33,874 nt of DNA from an uncultured delta proteobacterium (GTDB lineage: Bacteria > Desulfobacterota > Syntrophobacteria > BM002). Of the stretch, positions 18,016-27,748 are shown piece after piece. Both the position numbers and the translations under genes were made by a program. Every line of letters begins with the position of its first letter. Positions within the stretch are counted from its first letter, which is position 1. Below the pieces are notes generated by a model. The model was not told the DNA's origin, made no database searches, and worked only from the letters and a program-made list of their open reading frames with translations. The stretch is from NCBI GenBank assembly GCA_963712115.1, contig CAVQGX010000029.1:1-33874 (forward strand), written 5' to 3'.

Positions 18016-19143
18016 TCAATCTCGCCAAATCTCTAATATGGTTAAATCGTCATTTGCAGATGAATTACCCCGCCAGTCACTTATGAAGTCCAAAAGTCCC
18101 TTACCCCACGGCGGTCCTTTCGCATCCCTTATATAGCTGATCAGGCGATCATTACCGAATAGCTCATTATTTTCATTCTCTGCTTCGACAACTCCATCTG
18201 TAAAAAAGAGAATCGATTCTCCAGGAGACAGTAAGATTTCCTTTATCCCGTATTGAACATCCGGTGTGACCCCCAATGATATTCCCTCGATTTGCGGTAG
18301 GTTTCTAATATCACCTTCTGCGATCCACATAGGCGATAAATGACCACCCAGGGCAAGTTGCATCTTTCCACTAGATGGCCAATACCTGGCAAGAGCAATG
18401 GTGGCAAAAAATCCTTCTTCGGACACCAGCCTGTACATGCTCTTATTCGCGGTTTCAAGAAGCTTGTCCACCTCTCTTTGAACTTGTGCTTCGCTGCGGA
18501 TTTTGGTTGACAATGCGGCCATGATCAAAGCAGCGGGAACGCCTTTATCCGAAACATCGGCCACATATGCTAATAAGCTGTCGTCGGACAAAGGAATCAC
18601 GTCGTACAAATCGCCGCCCACATAGGCGGCAGGAACAGATACAGCCCAGATATGGCCTCCCGCTTTCAGCTCTGGAATTCTTGGCCAGAATAGAGATTGA
18701 ATCTTGGTTGCAGTCTCGAGTTGAACTCTAAGCTGAGCCGACTGCTCAAGGACGGTGTCATGCAGTTCCTTGATCCTCAGCATCGACTTGACCCTGGCAA
18801 CCAGTGCCGCATGGTCCACAGGCTTGGTCAGATATTCGTCACCACCTGCCTCCAGACCGGCCACCACGTCTTTTGAATCGGCCTTGGCAGTCACCATAAT
18901 GATCGGCATAAATGGCAGGGAAGGGTCCTCTTTGATCCGCCGACAAACCTCAATGCCGTCCATCCTGGGCATCATAATGTCAAGCAGCATCAGGTCCGGC
19001 TGTTTCTCTCTGGCCATGGCCAGCCCGGCTTCGCCGTCAGCCGCTGTGATGACCTGGTAGTTGTGTGTCCTCAGGCGAGTCTGGAGGATATCCAAGTTCG
19101 TGGGGTTATCATCCACGATCAGAATCAGTGGTGGCGTTCTCAC
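18016..19143 (-). CDS. Receiver domain fused to a PP2C/SpoIIE Ser phosphatase (likely GTG 19143)
   Basis: ILIVDD, LLDIMMP and YLTKP receiver motifs; VGGDLYD, ADVSDKG, FTDGVVE and DDLT PP2C motifs. Confidence 0.9.
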   Translation of the reverse strand: MRTPPLILIVDDNPTNLDILQTRLRTHNYQVITAADGEAGLAMAREKQPDLMLLDIMMPRMDGIEVCRRIKEDPSLPFMPIIMVTAKADSKDVVAGLEAGGDEYLTKPVDHAALVARVKSMLRIKELHDTVLEQSAQLRVQLETATKIQSLFWPRIPELKAGGHIWAVSVPAAYVGGDLYDVIPLSDDSLLAYVADVSDKGVPAALIMAALSTKIRSEAQVQREVDKLLETANKSMYRLVSEEGFFATIALARYWPSSGKMQLALGGHLSPMWIAEGDIRNLPQIEGISLGVTPDVQYGIKEILLSPGESILFFTDGVVEAENENNELFGNDRLISYIRDAKGPPWGKGLLDFISDWRGNSSANDDLTILEIWRD

Positions 19144-19345
19144 AATGTTCCCTCTGTGGTTATCTAGCGCGGATGTTTCATGAATTGTTGTCGCGAGACC
19201 GTGAAGATGGACGTGCCACCGGGCAACCACAGGGTGTTGGATCCGAGGCGTACCTAAACGGTACGTCGCAGGGTTCGACACCCGAGGACGCCCGGAAGGA
19301 TGGCCATATTCGCGGTCGCAGCAGATTATTCATGAAACATCCGCG

Positions 19346-19711
19346 CTATAATAGGTATTCGCGGATCTTTGCCAGCAACTCACGGGGACTAAAGGGCTTC
19401 GATACATAATCATCGCAGCCAGCCTCATAGGCCTTTATATCATCACCGCTAAGGGCGTAGGAGGTGACTACGATGATCGGGATGTGTTGCAGGTCTGGGT
19501 TGGCCTTGATCTGGCGCGTGGCCTCGTATCCGTCGAGACCAGGAAGCTGGATGTCCATGAGGATCAGGTCAGGGCGATAGGTCTCAGCCGCTGCCACCCC
19601 CTCTTCTCCGGTGACGGCCTCCATCACTTCATATCCGGCGCTGGCGAGGAGGTCGCGCATGATGCGCCGGTTATCCTCCTGGTCTTCTACCACCAAAATC
19701 AGCTTGCTCAT
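19346..19711 (-). CDS. Single-domain response regulator (DivK/CheY-like)
   Basis: [30 protein letters not shown]; 121 aa. Confidence 0.92.
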   Translation of the reverse strand: MSKLILVVEDQEDNRRIMRDLLASAGYEVMEAVTGEEGVAAAETYRPDLILMDIQLPGLDGYEATRQIKANPDLQHIPIIVVTSYALSGDDIKAYEAGCDDYVSKPFSPRELLAKIREYLL

Positions 19712-21744
19712 CTTTGTTCCCTTTGCCTCTCGACTCGAACCGGCAGTGTGAAAGAGAAAGTCGAACCTTTGCCCAAGGTCGATTCAACCCAAATGCGGCC
19801 CCCGTGCATTTCGACAATCCTTTTGGCAATGGAAAGCCCGAGGCCGGTTCCGCCCTTTTTCCGAGTGCTGGAAGCATCCACCTGATGGAACTCCTCAAAG
19901 ATCCTTTGCTGATCTCCCTCCGAGAGTCCGGGACCTGTGTCAGACACGGAGACCACAAAAGTATCGTTGGAAGCTGTGGCCTCAACCTCTACTTCCCCCG
20001 CCTCGGTGAATTTGATCGCGTTTCCCACAAGATTCATAAGCACCTGAGATATACGCTGTTCGTCGCCCTTACCGCAATCCACCTCTGGAGATACTGTAAC
20101 CTTCAATTCGAGATTTTTCTCCGCAGCCAGGGACTCGACCGCAGTAACCACTGTCTGAACGACTTCTTTCATGGAATAGTCAGCGAGAGAAAGGGTAAGC
20201 TGACCCGCCTCGATCTTGGAGAGGTCTAAAACGTCGTTGATCAAGCTCAGGAGATGGCGCCCATTTTGCTCCACTCGTTCCAAGACTTCTTGAATCTGCT
20301 CGGGCACATTGCCGTAGATCTTGTCGAGGATCAGCTCCGTGTAGCCCAAGATAGCGTTGAGGGGTGTTCTGAGTTCGTGGCTCATGTTGGCGAGGAACTC
20401 GGACTTGTGCTTGCTGGCACTCGCCAGCTCCTGTCCCTTTTCCTCGATTTCCCGGAAAAGCCTCGCATTCTGGATTGCCAGGGCTGACTGAGTGGCGAAA
20501 TTTTGCAGCAGGTCCACCGTTTCCTTGGCAAACTGCCCGGGCTCTCTGCGCCGAACCACAAGCCCACCAATGAGCCTGTCTTCGCGAAGCATTGGAACGG
20601 CGAGCAATGCTCGGAGTCCATCCCGCTCGATGATCTGGCGGAGTGGGTAATTTGGTTCTTCTAGGATGTCCGGAATTTGCACCGCTTCACGTTTATCCCC
20701 CGCCCGACCCAGGGCAGTCTCACCCAAGTGGACCGGAGACTGTCGTATCGCCTCGATCAGTTCTTTACTCATCCGGTGTGTTGCCCGGAGCTCGAACTGC
20801 TCGTTTGTCTCATCGAACTCATATATTGCCCCGGACTCCGTCTCTGAAAGCTCTACAGCATGGGCAACTATGGTGGCGAGAACTTTCTGGAGATCCAGGG
20901 TGGAGCTCACCGCCTGGCTGACTTCCCCCAGGCCTTGCAGTTCCTCCACCGACCGAGCCAGCTCACGGGTGCGCACCTCAACCTTCTCCTCCAGAGTTCG
21001 GCTGTACTCCTCCAGTTTCTCCTTGCTCGCGCTCAGTTCTCCAAATAAATTCTTGATCGAATCTCGCATGACATTGAGATCCTTCGCCAGGCTTCCGATC
21101 TCATCATTACTAGTCGTATCAATGAAGGTATCTAAATCTCCTTGAGCAATAGACGTGGCCGAGATTTGCAGTTCTGACAAAGGGCGAGAAATATAGCGTC
21201 TTGTAATGCGAATGGTTGTTACTGAAATGCCTATAATTATGAAAAGCGTTAAGTTAACAATTACACTTATATTTAAAATGAGTTGTTTTTTTATTATCTC
21301 ACGCGACATGACCAGTTGTATTGTACCGACTTTCTGTCCTTGGTAAATAATATCAGATGTTTTGGCGATGAAGTTTTGAGAGGATTCAAAATATGCAAAA
21401 TCTTTTTCTTGAAATTTATCACGCTTTTTTTCAGTAATGACCAGATTTCCCCACAAAACTTTAGCATATACGATGGATTTATCTAAAAATAATGATTTAA
21501 CAAAATCTTTTACAACATCGTGGTCAATATTCCAGAGTGGTATGGGCAAACTTATCTCGGCGAGTTTCAAAGAGTTGTTCAACCTTTCTTCTAATTCACC
21601 TTCCGTCTTGGAAACATTGAAAAATATGGCGAAGGCGGCAAATGCCACCAACATCAAGGTCACTACGCCAATCAAGGCATAACTGAAACGACGGCTGATG
21701 CTCCTGAATTTTAGAGTAGAAGGGGAACCGTTCTGCATGGACAC
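19708..21744 (-). CDS. Membrane sensor histidine kinase (periplasmic domain-HAMP-GAF-HisKA-HATPase)
   Basis: Two TM helices, HAMP (DEIG.LA...N.M), GAF, H-box [25 protein letters not shown] and GGTGLGL. Confidence 0.92.
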   Translation of the reverse strand: MSMQNGSPSTLKFRSISRRFSYALIGVVTLMLVAFAAFAIFFNVSKTEGELEERLNNSLKLAEISLPIPLWNIDHDVVKDFVKSLFLDKSIVYAKVLWGNLVITEKKRDKFQEKDFAYFESSQNFIAKTSDIIYQGQKVGTIQLVMSREIIKKQLILNISVIVNLTLFIIIGISVTTIRITRRYISRPLSELQISATSIAQGDLDTFIDTTSNDEIGSLAKDLNVMRDSIKNLFGELSASKEKLEEYSRTLEEKVEVRTRELARSVEELQGLGEVSQAVSSTLDLQKVLATIVAHAVELSETESGAIYEFDETNEQFELRATHRMSKELIEAIRQSPVHLGETALGRAGDKREAVQIPDILEEPNYPLRQIIERDGLRALLAVPMLREDRLIGGLVVRRREPGQFAKETVDLLQNFATQSALAIQNARLFREIEEKGQELASASKHKSEFLANMSHELRTPLNAILGYTELILDKIYGNVPEQIQEVLERVEQNGRHLLSLINDVLDLSKIEAGQLTLSLADYSMKEVVQTVVTAVESLAAEKNLELKVTVSPEVDCGKGDEQRISQVLMNLVGNAIKFTEAGEVEVEATASNDTFVVSVSDTGPGLSEGDQQRIFEEFHQVDASSTRKKGGTGLGLSIAKRIVEMHGGRIWVESTLGKGSTFSFTLPVRVERQREQR

Positions 21745-21792
21745 AATTCTATTGCGCTCGCCACGCCTTGGCGAAGTAGTGGTAGGTTTGTT

Positions 21793-22563
21793 CTAAAGTT
21801 TTTCCTCTATTTCTGGAAATGGATCATCCTCTAATTTAGCATTCCATTTCTTGCGAATTTGCATGATTGTTCCGTCAGCTAACATTTCATCAAAGGCACC
21901 TCTCCACTTTTCTACAATCGAATCCGAGGTTTTTTTCGAAAAAGCAATGTCAAGATTAATTTCCCTGAGATGGTAGACCTCCTCTATTTCGTTGTAATCA
22001 ACCCCGGCCAACTCGCAGACAGTTCTCAATCCCGGTATTTTGTATGTCCACAAGTCTATCCGCCCTAGAACTAGCTTTTTGGCATTTAATTGTTCGTCAG
22101 AAACAGGTTCAAGGTTGGTAAATCCCAGGCTTTCGAGCAAGCGCTCTCTTGTATCATCTCGAAGTGTCCCAATGCTTTTTACTTTCTTAGCATCTTCCAG
22201 ACTGTTAATTTTTATTCCTGAACCCTTTTTGGCCACAAGAATATCTCTTTTCGTTGCTAAAGGGCCAATCCATTTAAATTGATCATGGCGCACTTCAGTA
22301 TGAGTCATACCAAACAATACAACATTTTCTTCTTCCAAGGACATTTTGTAGGCTCTTGCCCAGGGGTAAACTTTGATCTCCTCATTAGACCCCACCCTTC
22401 TCTGAATTTCTTTGACTATTTCAACTGATGGACCAACCAATACTCCGTTTTCTACATAATTCAAGGGAGGCATATTTTCAGTCAAAACAGTTAGCTCCTG
22501 CGACAGTGCAGGGTTAACTGAAAATAAAAAAACTGAGGTTATCATTACAAATAGCTTTTTCAT
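21793..22563 (-). CDS. Family 3 periplasmic solute-binding protein with no adjacent transporter
   Basis: Signal peptide, TEN.PPLNY, PWARA, R...FKWIGP, GRIDLW and DGT...IRKKW motifs. Confidence 0.85.
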   Translation of the reverse strand: MKKLFVMITSVFLFSVNPALSQELTVLTENMPPLNYVENGVLVGPSVEIVKEIQRRVGSNEEIKVYPWARAYKMSLEEENVVLFGMTHTEVRHDQFKWIGPLATKRDILVAKKGSGIKINSLEDAKKVKSIGTLRDDTRERLLESLGFTNLEPVSDEQLNAKKLVLGRIDLWTYKIPGLRTVCELAGVDYNEIEEVYHLREINLDIAFSKKTSDSIVEKWRGAFDEMLADGTIMQIRKKWNAKLEDDPFPEIEEKL

Positions 22564-22672
22564 TATAAAGCCCCCTTTATTGGATCCGCATTTTATTCCT
22601 ACAATTTTTAGATATCCGCGCTCAGTGTCTTCTTTTGAAAATGCGGTGGAGCAGGAAATTTCGACTATTTTA

Positions 22673-22702
22673 AGGTTAATGCAACCATATATTTCATGTC
22701 AA
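22673..22702 (-). promoter_or_regulatory. Putative sigma70 promoter of the SBP-kinase operon
   Basis: TTGACA (22702-22697)-N18-TAACCT (22678-22673). Confidence 0.5.
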
Positions 22703-22842
22703 CGAGAAAGCATGCAGCGAAACTCCACTTGCGAAACAGGGCATGCATCACTATATACTATGTGTCGCAATAAATCAGGCGTGGTCTGCCGGTTAATGAT
22801 AAGCGGTTCTAACAATAAGACGGACGTGGGAGAAGTTCAGCA

Positions 22843-23832
22843 ATGGCTGGCAACAAAGGCAAAATACTAGTAACAGGGGCCACTGGTTTTATCGGCTATG
22901 AAGTTGCAAAACAATTGTCTCAGAAAGGCTACAAGCCCAGGCTCATGGTGAGAAGACCTCTTCGCGGTTTCCTGTTGAAATCCCTGGACGCCGAGCTAAT
23001 GCAAGGTGATCTGGGGCAACCCAAGAGTCTGGAACGTATGCTCAAGTCCGCTGATACGGTTATTCATCTAGGCGCTCGGGCCACCTTCGAGCCTTACAAA
23101 GCACTGCGTCCTTCAATAGTTGAAGGATCAATTAATCTTATGCGCGCTGCAATAGAGGCGGGCGTAAAAACCTTTGTCTATGGAGGTAGCCTTTTGGTAT
23201 ATGGCGAGCAGGCAAAGCCGATCACCCAGCAAACGGCTGCGGCACCAAATATTGGTTACAGTAGAGCTAAGCTGGAAGCAGAAACTATCTTGCTCAAAAT
23301 GGCAGCAGATGGTGGTATCCGTTTCACTTCAATGCGTTTACCACACACTTACGGGGTGAACAGCCTCCTTTTTAGCCAGATGCGGCGGGGAACCATCGTA
23401 TTTCCCGGAAAAGGAAACAATCTGTTTGCTCACCTCCACGTGGTCGATGCAGCTAGGGCATTAATCAAAGCCGCTGAGGATGGAAAGTCTGGTATATCAG
23501 TAATAGCGGATAATGCATCGTGCACCTGGAACGATCTTTTTACCGTCACCCAGCATTATTACCCCAGGCTCCGTGTTATTCGGGTTCCCAAATGGATAGC
23601 CCTCTTTGTGACCAGCGCACTGGATACGCTCTACCGCTTCACACCCTACTGGAACAGATTTTCTACAGGTGCAGTAAAAAGCTGGACCTCAAACTTACCG
23701 GTAGAACCAAATACTCTCCAGGATACTCTGGCAATGGAGCCGATTTACCCAACTATAGAGCAAGGTATACCCGCTGCCCTTGACGATTGTATCTCTTATT
23801 ATTGGCTTCATTCACTAGAAGACAATGATTAA
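22843..23832 (+). CDS. NAD-dependent epimerase/dehydratase (extended SDR)
   Basis: TGATGFIG Rossmann motif and YSRAK (YxxxK). Confidence 0.88.
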   Translation: MAGNKGKILVTGATGFIGYEVAKQLSQKGYKPRLMVRRPLRGFLLKSLDAELMQGDLGQPKSLERMLKSADTVIHLGARATFEPYKALRPSIVEGSINLMRAAIEAGVKTFVYGGSLLVYGEQAKPITQQTAAAPNIGYSRAKLEAETILLKMAADGGIRFTSMRLPHTYGVNSLLFSQMRRGTIVFPGKGNNLFAHLHVVDAARALIKAAEDGKSGISVIADNASCTWNDLFTVTQHYYPRLRVIRVPKWIALFVTSALDTLYRFTPYWNRFSTGAVKSWTSNLPVEPNTLQDTLAMEPIYPTIEQGIPAALDDCISYYWLHSLEDND

Positions 23833-23956
23833 TCGGCAAAATAAACAAGCAGAACCACCACTGCTTATTTCACGGGCCTTTCTCGGCAGGATGGCAGCGC
23901 CTCAATAAAAATTTACATCGGATCTTCGGTTCAATCAGGTCCACGTAGGGAACCTC

Positions 23957-24409
23957 ATGCTAATCAGAGAAGAGATTGAGATCGCAGCCCCCATGCCCTT
24001 TGTCTGGGCTGTCTTTTCCGCTCTGGAAGAATGGGACGACTGGAATACCGCCTGTCAAAGCTGTCACCTCATCGAAGGCGAGAAAATGGCGGCGGGAGCA
24101 TGTTTCTCCTTCGTGGTTAGGCCATTTACTTTGCCAATCAAAGTAAAGCCGCGCATCACCGAGTGCGAACCGGGACAGAAGGTCGTCTGGGAGGGAGAAC
24201 GTCTCGGGATTCACGCAGTCCACACCTGGACCTTTCGAGAGACTAATGGCAGGGTGACACTCATAAGCCACGAAGAGTTCAGCGGACCCCTTATCTGGCT
24301 GGCGAGATTAATCCTGGTTCCCAGACGTCTTCACAGTCTCACCAAGCAGCTCCTTGCCTCCGTCAAGCAAGAGGCTGAGGCCCGTTACCAAGCCCAAAAG
24401 GTATCCTGA
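23957..24409 (+). CDS. SRPBCC/polyketide cyclase family protein
   Basis: I.I.AP...VW......W..WN pattern; 150 aa. Confidence 0.8.
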   Translation: MLIREEIEIAAPMPFVWAVFSALEEWDDWNTACQSCHLIEGEKMAAGACFSFVVRPFTLPIKVKPRITECEPGQKVVWEGERLGIHAVHTWTFRETNGRVTLISHEEFSGPLIWLARLILVPRRLHSLTKQLLASVKQEAEARYQAQKVS

Positions 24410-24445
24410 CCTAGATGGTTTGGATAATAATCCACCGGAGCCGGA

Positions 24446-24979
24446 TTATTTTAACTCTTGTTTGCTCGGCGTATAGGTGGGAGCATTGGGGGGTGATTTG
24501 CCTTTGAGGAACTCCCGGTAATACTGATATGTCAAGGGGCGGCCATCTCTAACCACCTCGGTATTGACAGCATTGCCAACGAAAATGGTATGGGTCCCGA
24601 GGTCTATTTGATCAAAAACCTCTGCCTCCAGCAAGGAGACGGCGTGCTCGGTCACAAGAGGGCAGCCAGTCACACCCTCCTTAAATTGCACCTCTGAAAA
24701 TTTATTTATATCCCTTCCTGACCTGAAACCAAAGGGACCCAAGAACTTCATAGGAGTGGACTCATCCAAAACAGTAACGCCAAATACCCTGCTCCTGGAG
24801 ATGAAGTCGTGGGTCAAATTTTTCTTGTTGATTATTACCGCCACTCTGGGTGGATCGGAAGTAACCTGGATGACGGTGTTTACAATCTGACCATTCATTT
24901 GGTCTCCATGGCGAGAGGTCACTATATACAAGCCATAACTCAAGTCGCCAAACACCTTGCGATCTATATCGGGACTCAT
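24446..24979 (-). CDS. Flavin reductase-like FMN-binding protein
   Basis: SYGLYIVT, NG...NT..QVT..P, FGFRSGRD..KF and GTHTIF.G motifs. Confidence 0.88.
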   Translation of the reverse strand: MSPDIDRKVFGDLSYGLYIVTSRHGDQMNGQIVNTVIQVTSDPPRVAVIINKKNLTHDFISRSRVFGVTVLDESTPMKFLGPFGFRSGRDINKFSEVQFKEGVTGCPLVTEHAVSLLEAEVFDQIDLGTHTIFVGNAVNTEVVRDGRPLTYQYYREFLKGKSPPNAPTYTPSKQELK

Positions 24980-25003
24980 ACAATCACTCCTTCCTCTGAT
25001 CCC

Positions 25004-25186
25004 TTAGTCAACAACCTTGATATCCCCGGCGTATCTGCCCACCGTAGCATCATCAACGCAGCTGTTCAGCTCTTCTTCACTGGCATCCTTGGGGTCCATC
25101 AAAGAATCTAATGGACACAGCCACTCATTTCCAGCCGCATCCTTCACTCGTACGAAAGGTTTTCCCCGAACTGATTCGTCTGACAT
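25004..25186 (-). CDS. Small acidic hypothetical protein (60 aa, two Cys)
   Basis: RBS AAGGAG, protein-like composition (VRVKDAAGNEWLCP); 24 nt upstream of the flavin reductase gene on the same strand. Confidence 0.65.
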   Translation of the reverse strand: MSDESVRGKPFVRVKDAAGNEWLCPLDSLMDPKDASEEELNSCVDDATVGRYAGDIKVVD

Positions 25187-25290
25187 TTTTCTCTCCTTTC
25201 TCTGAATTGCTAGCTATAAATTAATCTGTAAAAAGGTTTTTTTGCTTTTCCAGATATCTTGGATAAAAGTGCCTATGAAAGTAACCTAAC

Positions 25291-25462
25291 TATACAGAGC
25301 GTCAAAAATAAATGCGTATTCTCGTCGCGGACTGGTCACATGTAGGGGTGGGCTTTATGCCCACCCGATGAGCAGATTCCAACACTTTTCCGGGGGGAGT
25401 AAATCCCGCCCCTACGGCAAAATTTGAACAAAGATGCGCAATAATTTATGACGCTATATATA
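25291..25462. mobile_element. MITE-like element with 29-bp imperfect terminal IRs enclosing a REP doublet
   Basis: 25291-25319 matches the reverse complement of 25434-25462 at 23/29 positions. Confidence 0.6.
25342..25415. repeat. GTAG-family REP doublet (REPIN-like)
   Basis: GTAG-GGGTGGGC-TTTAT-GCCCACCC (25342-25366) and inverted GTAG-GGGCGGGA-TTTAC-TCCCCCC (25415-25392). Confidence 0.8.
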
Positions 25463-25699
25463 AATACTTAACTTCGAATCGCAAAATTTTCCAATTAGGT
25501 TAGGTCTAAGCTAAGTCACGCGATCTCTGCTGTCAACACAACTCATCAGCTCAGCCAATTTTACTTTCCTTTTCGTAACCCGAGCTGGCGGAATGGATCT
25601 GATGATTTAGCCAAGTAATCTTTCCAAAATCAACAAGTTCGTTGCAAGCTCCTCTCTGAGTTCTTAGATTAGGTTTCACCCTTAAAGAGGAACTTTATT

Positions 25700-27235
25700 A
25701 TGTCAAGAATAGCTATTCACTACTTTTTTGCTGTCACAGTCTTGACTCTCTACGGCGGGCAGGTCTGACCCTTCATGGAAACACTACCCCCCGTGCTTTT
25801 GGGGGTAAGCCTTCTCATTCCCTTCATGGCGGCGCTGGCTCTGCGCAGGCCCCTTGAGAACCGCTTCGTAGTCTCCCAACCCCGGATTGTCCAGCCCAGA
25901 AAGCAGTTTTACCTTGATTTTACCCTGTGCCTGGCAGCTGGCTCTGCGGTAGCAGTTTACAACTCCCTAGCTCATGGCTTTCCTGCTCCCAGTGGTATCA
26001 GCCTATTGTTGGGTTGTACCGTCGTCGGCTTCTTCACTGGTATGGATATGGCCTTAGCCAGAGAGCGCTCACTTATACACGCTGCCCTTGCTGAAGACAA
26101 GGTACTACCGCCTCCAAAACGGCTTTATTCCATGACTCGTAAATTCTCCCTGGTTGCCCTAACCGCAACCTTATTCGTTTCTCTAATCCTCGGGCTGGTG
26201 ATTGCCAGAGATGTAGTCTGGCTTGCCGAGATCGAACAGAGCGGTATGTCGGTCATCCAGGCCCAATTGTCTGTCATGCGTGAAGTCCTCTTCATTATGG
26301 CCGTGCTCCTGGTAGCAATCGTAAATTTGATCGTTTCCTATTCCAAAAATCTTAAGCTCCTATTTCAGAACGAAACCACCGTCCTGGAGAGGGTTAGCCA
26401 GGGAGACCTTTCCAAATTGGTGCCGGTGGCTACCAACGACGAATTTGGCTTTATCGCCGGACACACCAATACTATGATTGAAGGGCTGAGGCATCGCACT
26501 CAGTTGATAACCGCCCTCAAGTTGGCCGAGGAGGTGCAGCAGAACCTCTTGCCGAGTGAGCCCCCCTCACTCCCCGGATTTGACATTGCCGGCACAAGTA
26601 AGTATTGCGACGAAACTGGCGGTGACTATTACGATTACTTCGAGTTCTCAAACGGCCACTTGAGAATTGTAGTGGCCGACGCCTCCGAGCACGGTGTGGG
26701 CGCAGCCATGCTCATGACCACGGTTAGGGCCCTTCTGCGGCAGAGGGTGACCATGGGGGGCGACATCGCTCGAATTGTCTCAGACGTCAACCTAGAGCTT
26801 GCCAGAGATGTTGGGGGTAGCGGACGGTTCATGACCATGTTTTTCCTGGAAATCGAACCTGAAAGTAACACATTGAATTGGGTTCGCGCCGGTCACGAAC
26901 CGGCAGTCCTTTATAACTCTAGAGAGGATAGTTTCCTCGAACTTACCGGGGAAGGTATGGCCCTCGGGGTAGTCGAGCACTTGGAATTCCAGAAGTATAC
27001 CCACCAGGGCTGGACTCCGGGTAGCATAATTGTGGTGGGCACCGACGGCATCCGAGAAGCCCAAAATGAGGACGGAGAAATGTTCGGCTCAAATCGATTC
27101 CGAGAGGCCATACGTAGTCATGCCACCGAGTCTGCCGAAGAGATCCAGAACCGTATTATAGAGGAGCTCCAAATCTTTCAGGGAGAGGCGCCTCAAGAAG
27201 ACGACATCACCCTGGTTGTGGTGAAACTTTTATAG
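25700..27235 (+). CDS. Multi-TM HAMP-PP2C (SpoIIE/RsbU-like) phosphatase; candidate selenoprotein with in-frame UGA at 25766-25768 (511 aa if read through)
   Basis: RBS AAAGAGG, ATG 25700, MSRIAIHYFFAVTVLTLYGGQV-TGA-PF, in frame with the 25775 ORF; HAMP (NDEFG) and PP2C motifs GGDYYD, ADASEHG, TDGI.E, DDIT. The PP2C call is firm; the Sec read-through is inferred. Confidence 0.8.
25785..25807 (+). promoter_or_regulatory. Candidate bacterial SECIS hairpin
   Basis: TACCCCC-CGTGCTTTT-GGGGGTA; stem starts 16 nt after the UGA and the loop GU lies 24 nt after it. Confidence 0.55.
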
Positions 27236-27251
27236 AGGTTGGAGGTAACAA

Positions 27252-27662
27252 GTGAAAAGGGTTCAAGTGGGAGTTGGCGTATTCGTCAAACGGAACGAGA
27301 AGATTCTGGTGGGTAAAAGAAAAGGCTCTCACGGCGCAGGCACCTGGGCTTTGCCCGGCGGTCATCTGGAACCCGGGGAGTCATTCGAAACATGTTGTAA
27401 GAGAGAGGTCCTGGAAGAGACGGGACTCATTATCAATAACATAAGCCCGGTGGTCTTTACCAACGATGTTTTTCACGAAGAGGGGTTCCATTACATTACC
27501 CTCTTTTTCAAGGGAGAATACGAGTCTGGAGAGGCAATTGTTGCAGAGCCCCGGCACTGCGAGGAGTGGCGGTGGGTCTCCCTGGACCATATTCCCCAGC
27601 CTATTTTCTTACCACTTAGCAACGCCCTGAAAGAGATCGAGAGAAAACATTTGGTTTTGTAG
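27252..27662 (+). CDS. NUDIX hydrolase (NUDT15/MutT-like)
   Basis: Nudix box GGHLEPGESFETCCKREVLEETGL; RKGSHG and EP..C..W.W motifs. Confidence 0.9.
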   Translation: MKRVQVGVGVFVKRNEKILVGKRKGSHGAGTWALPGGHLEPGESFETCCKREVLEETGLIINNISPVVFTNDVFHEEGFHYITLFFKGEYESGEAIVAEPRHCEEWRWVSLDHIPQPIFLPLSNALKEIERKHLVL

Positions 27663-27748
27663 TTAGGGTAGTGAGATTTAGGGGGGAAAAACACTACTAT
27701 CGAAATGAAAGTGTTTTTTCTACGAGTGGGTGGCGGATTGGAGGGAGA

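Noticed and set aside
17804-18028. 74-aa ORF downstream of the REC-PP2C gene
   Set aside because: AT-rich with no recognisable features; unsupported.
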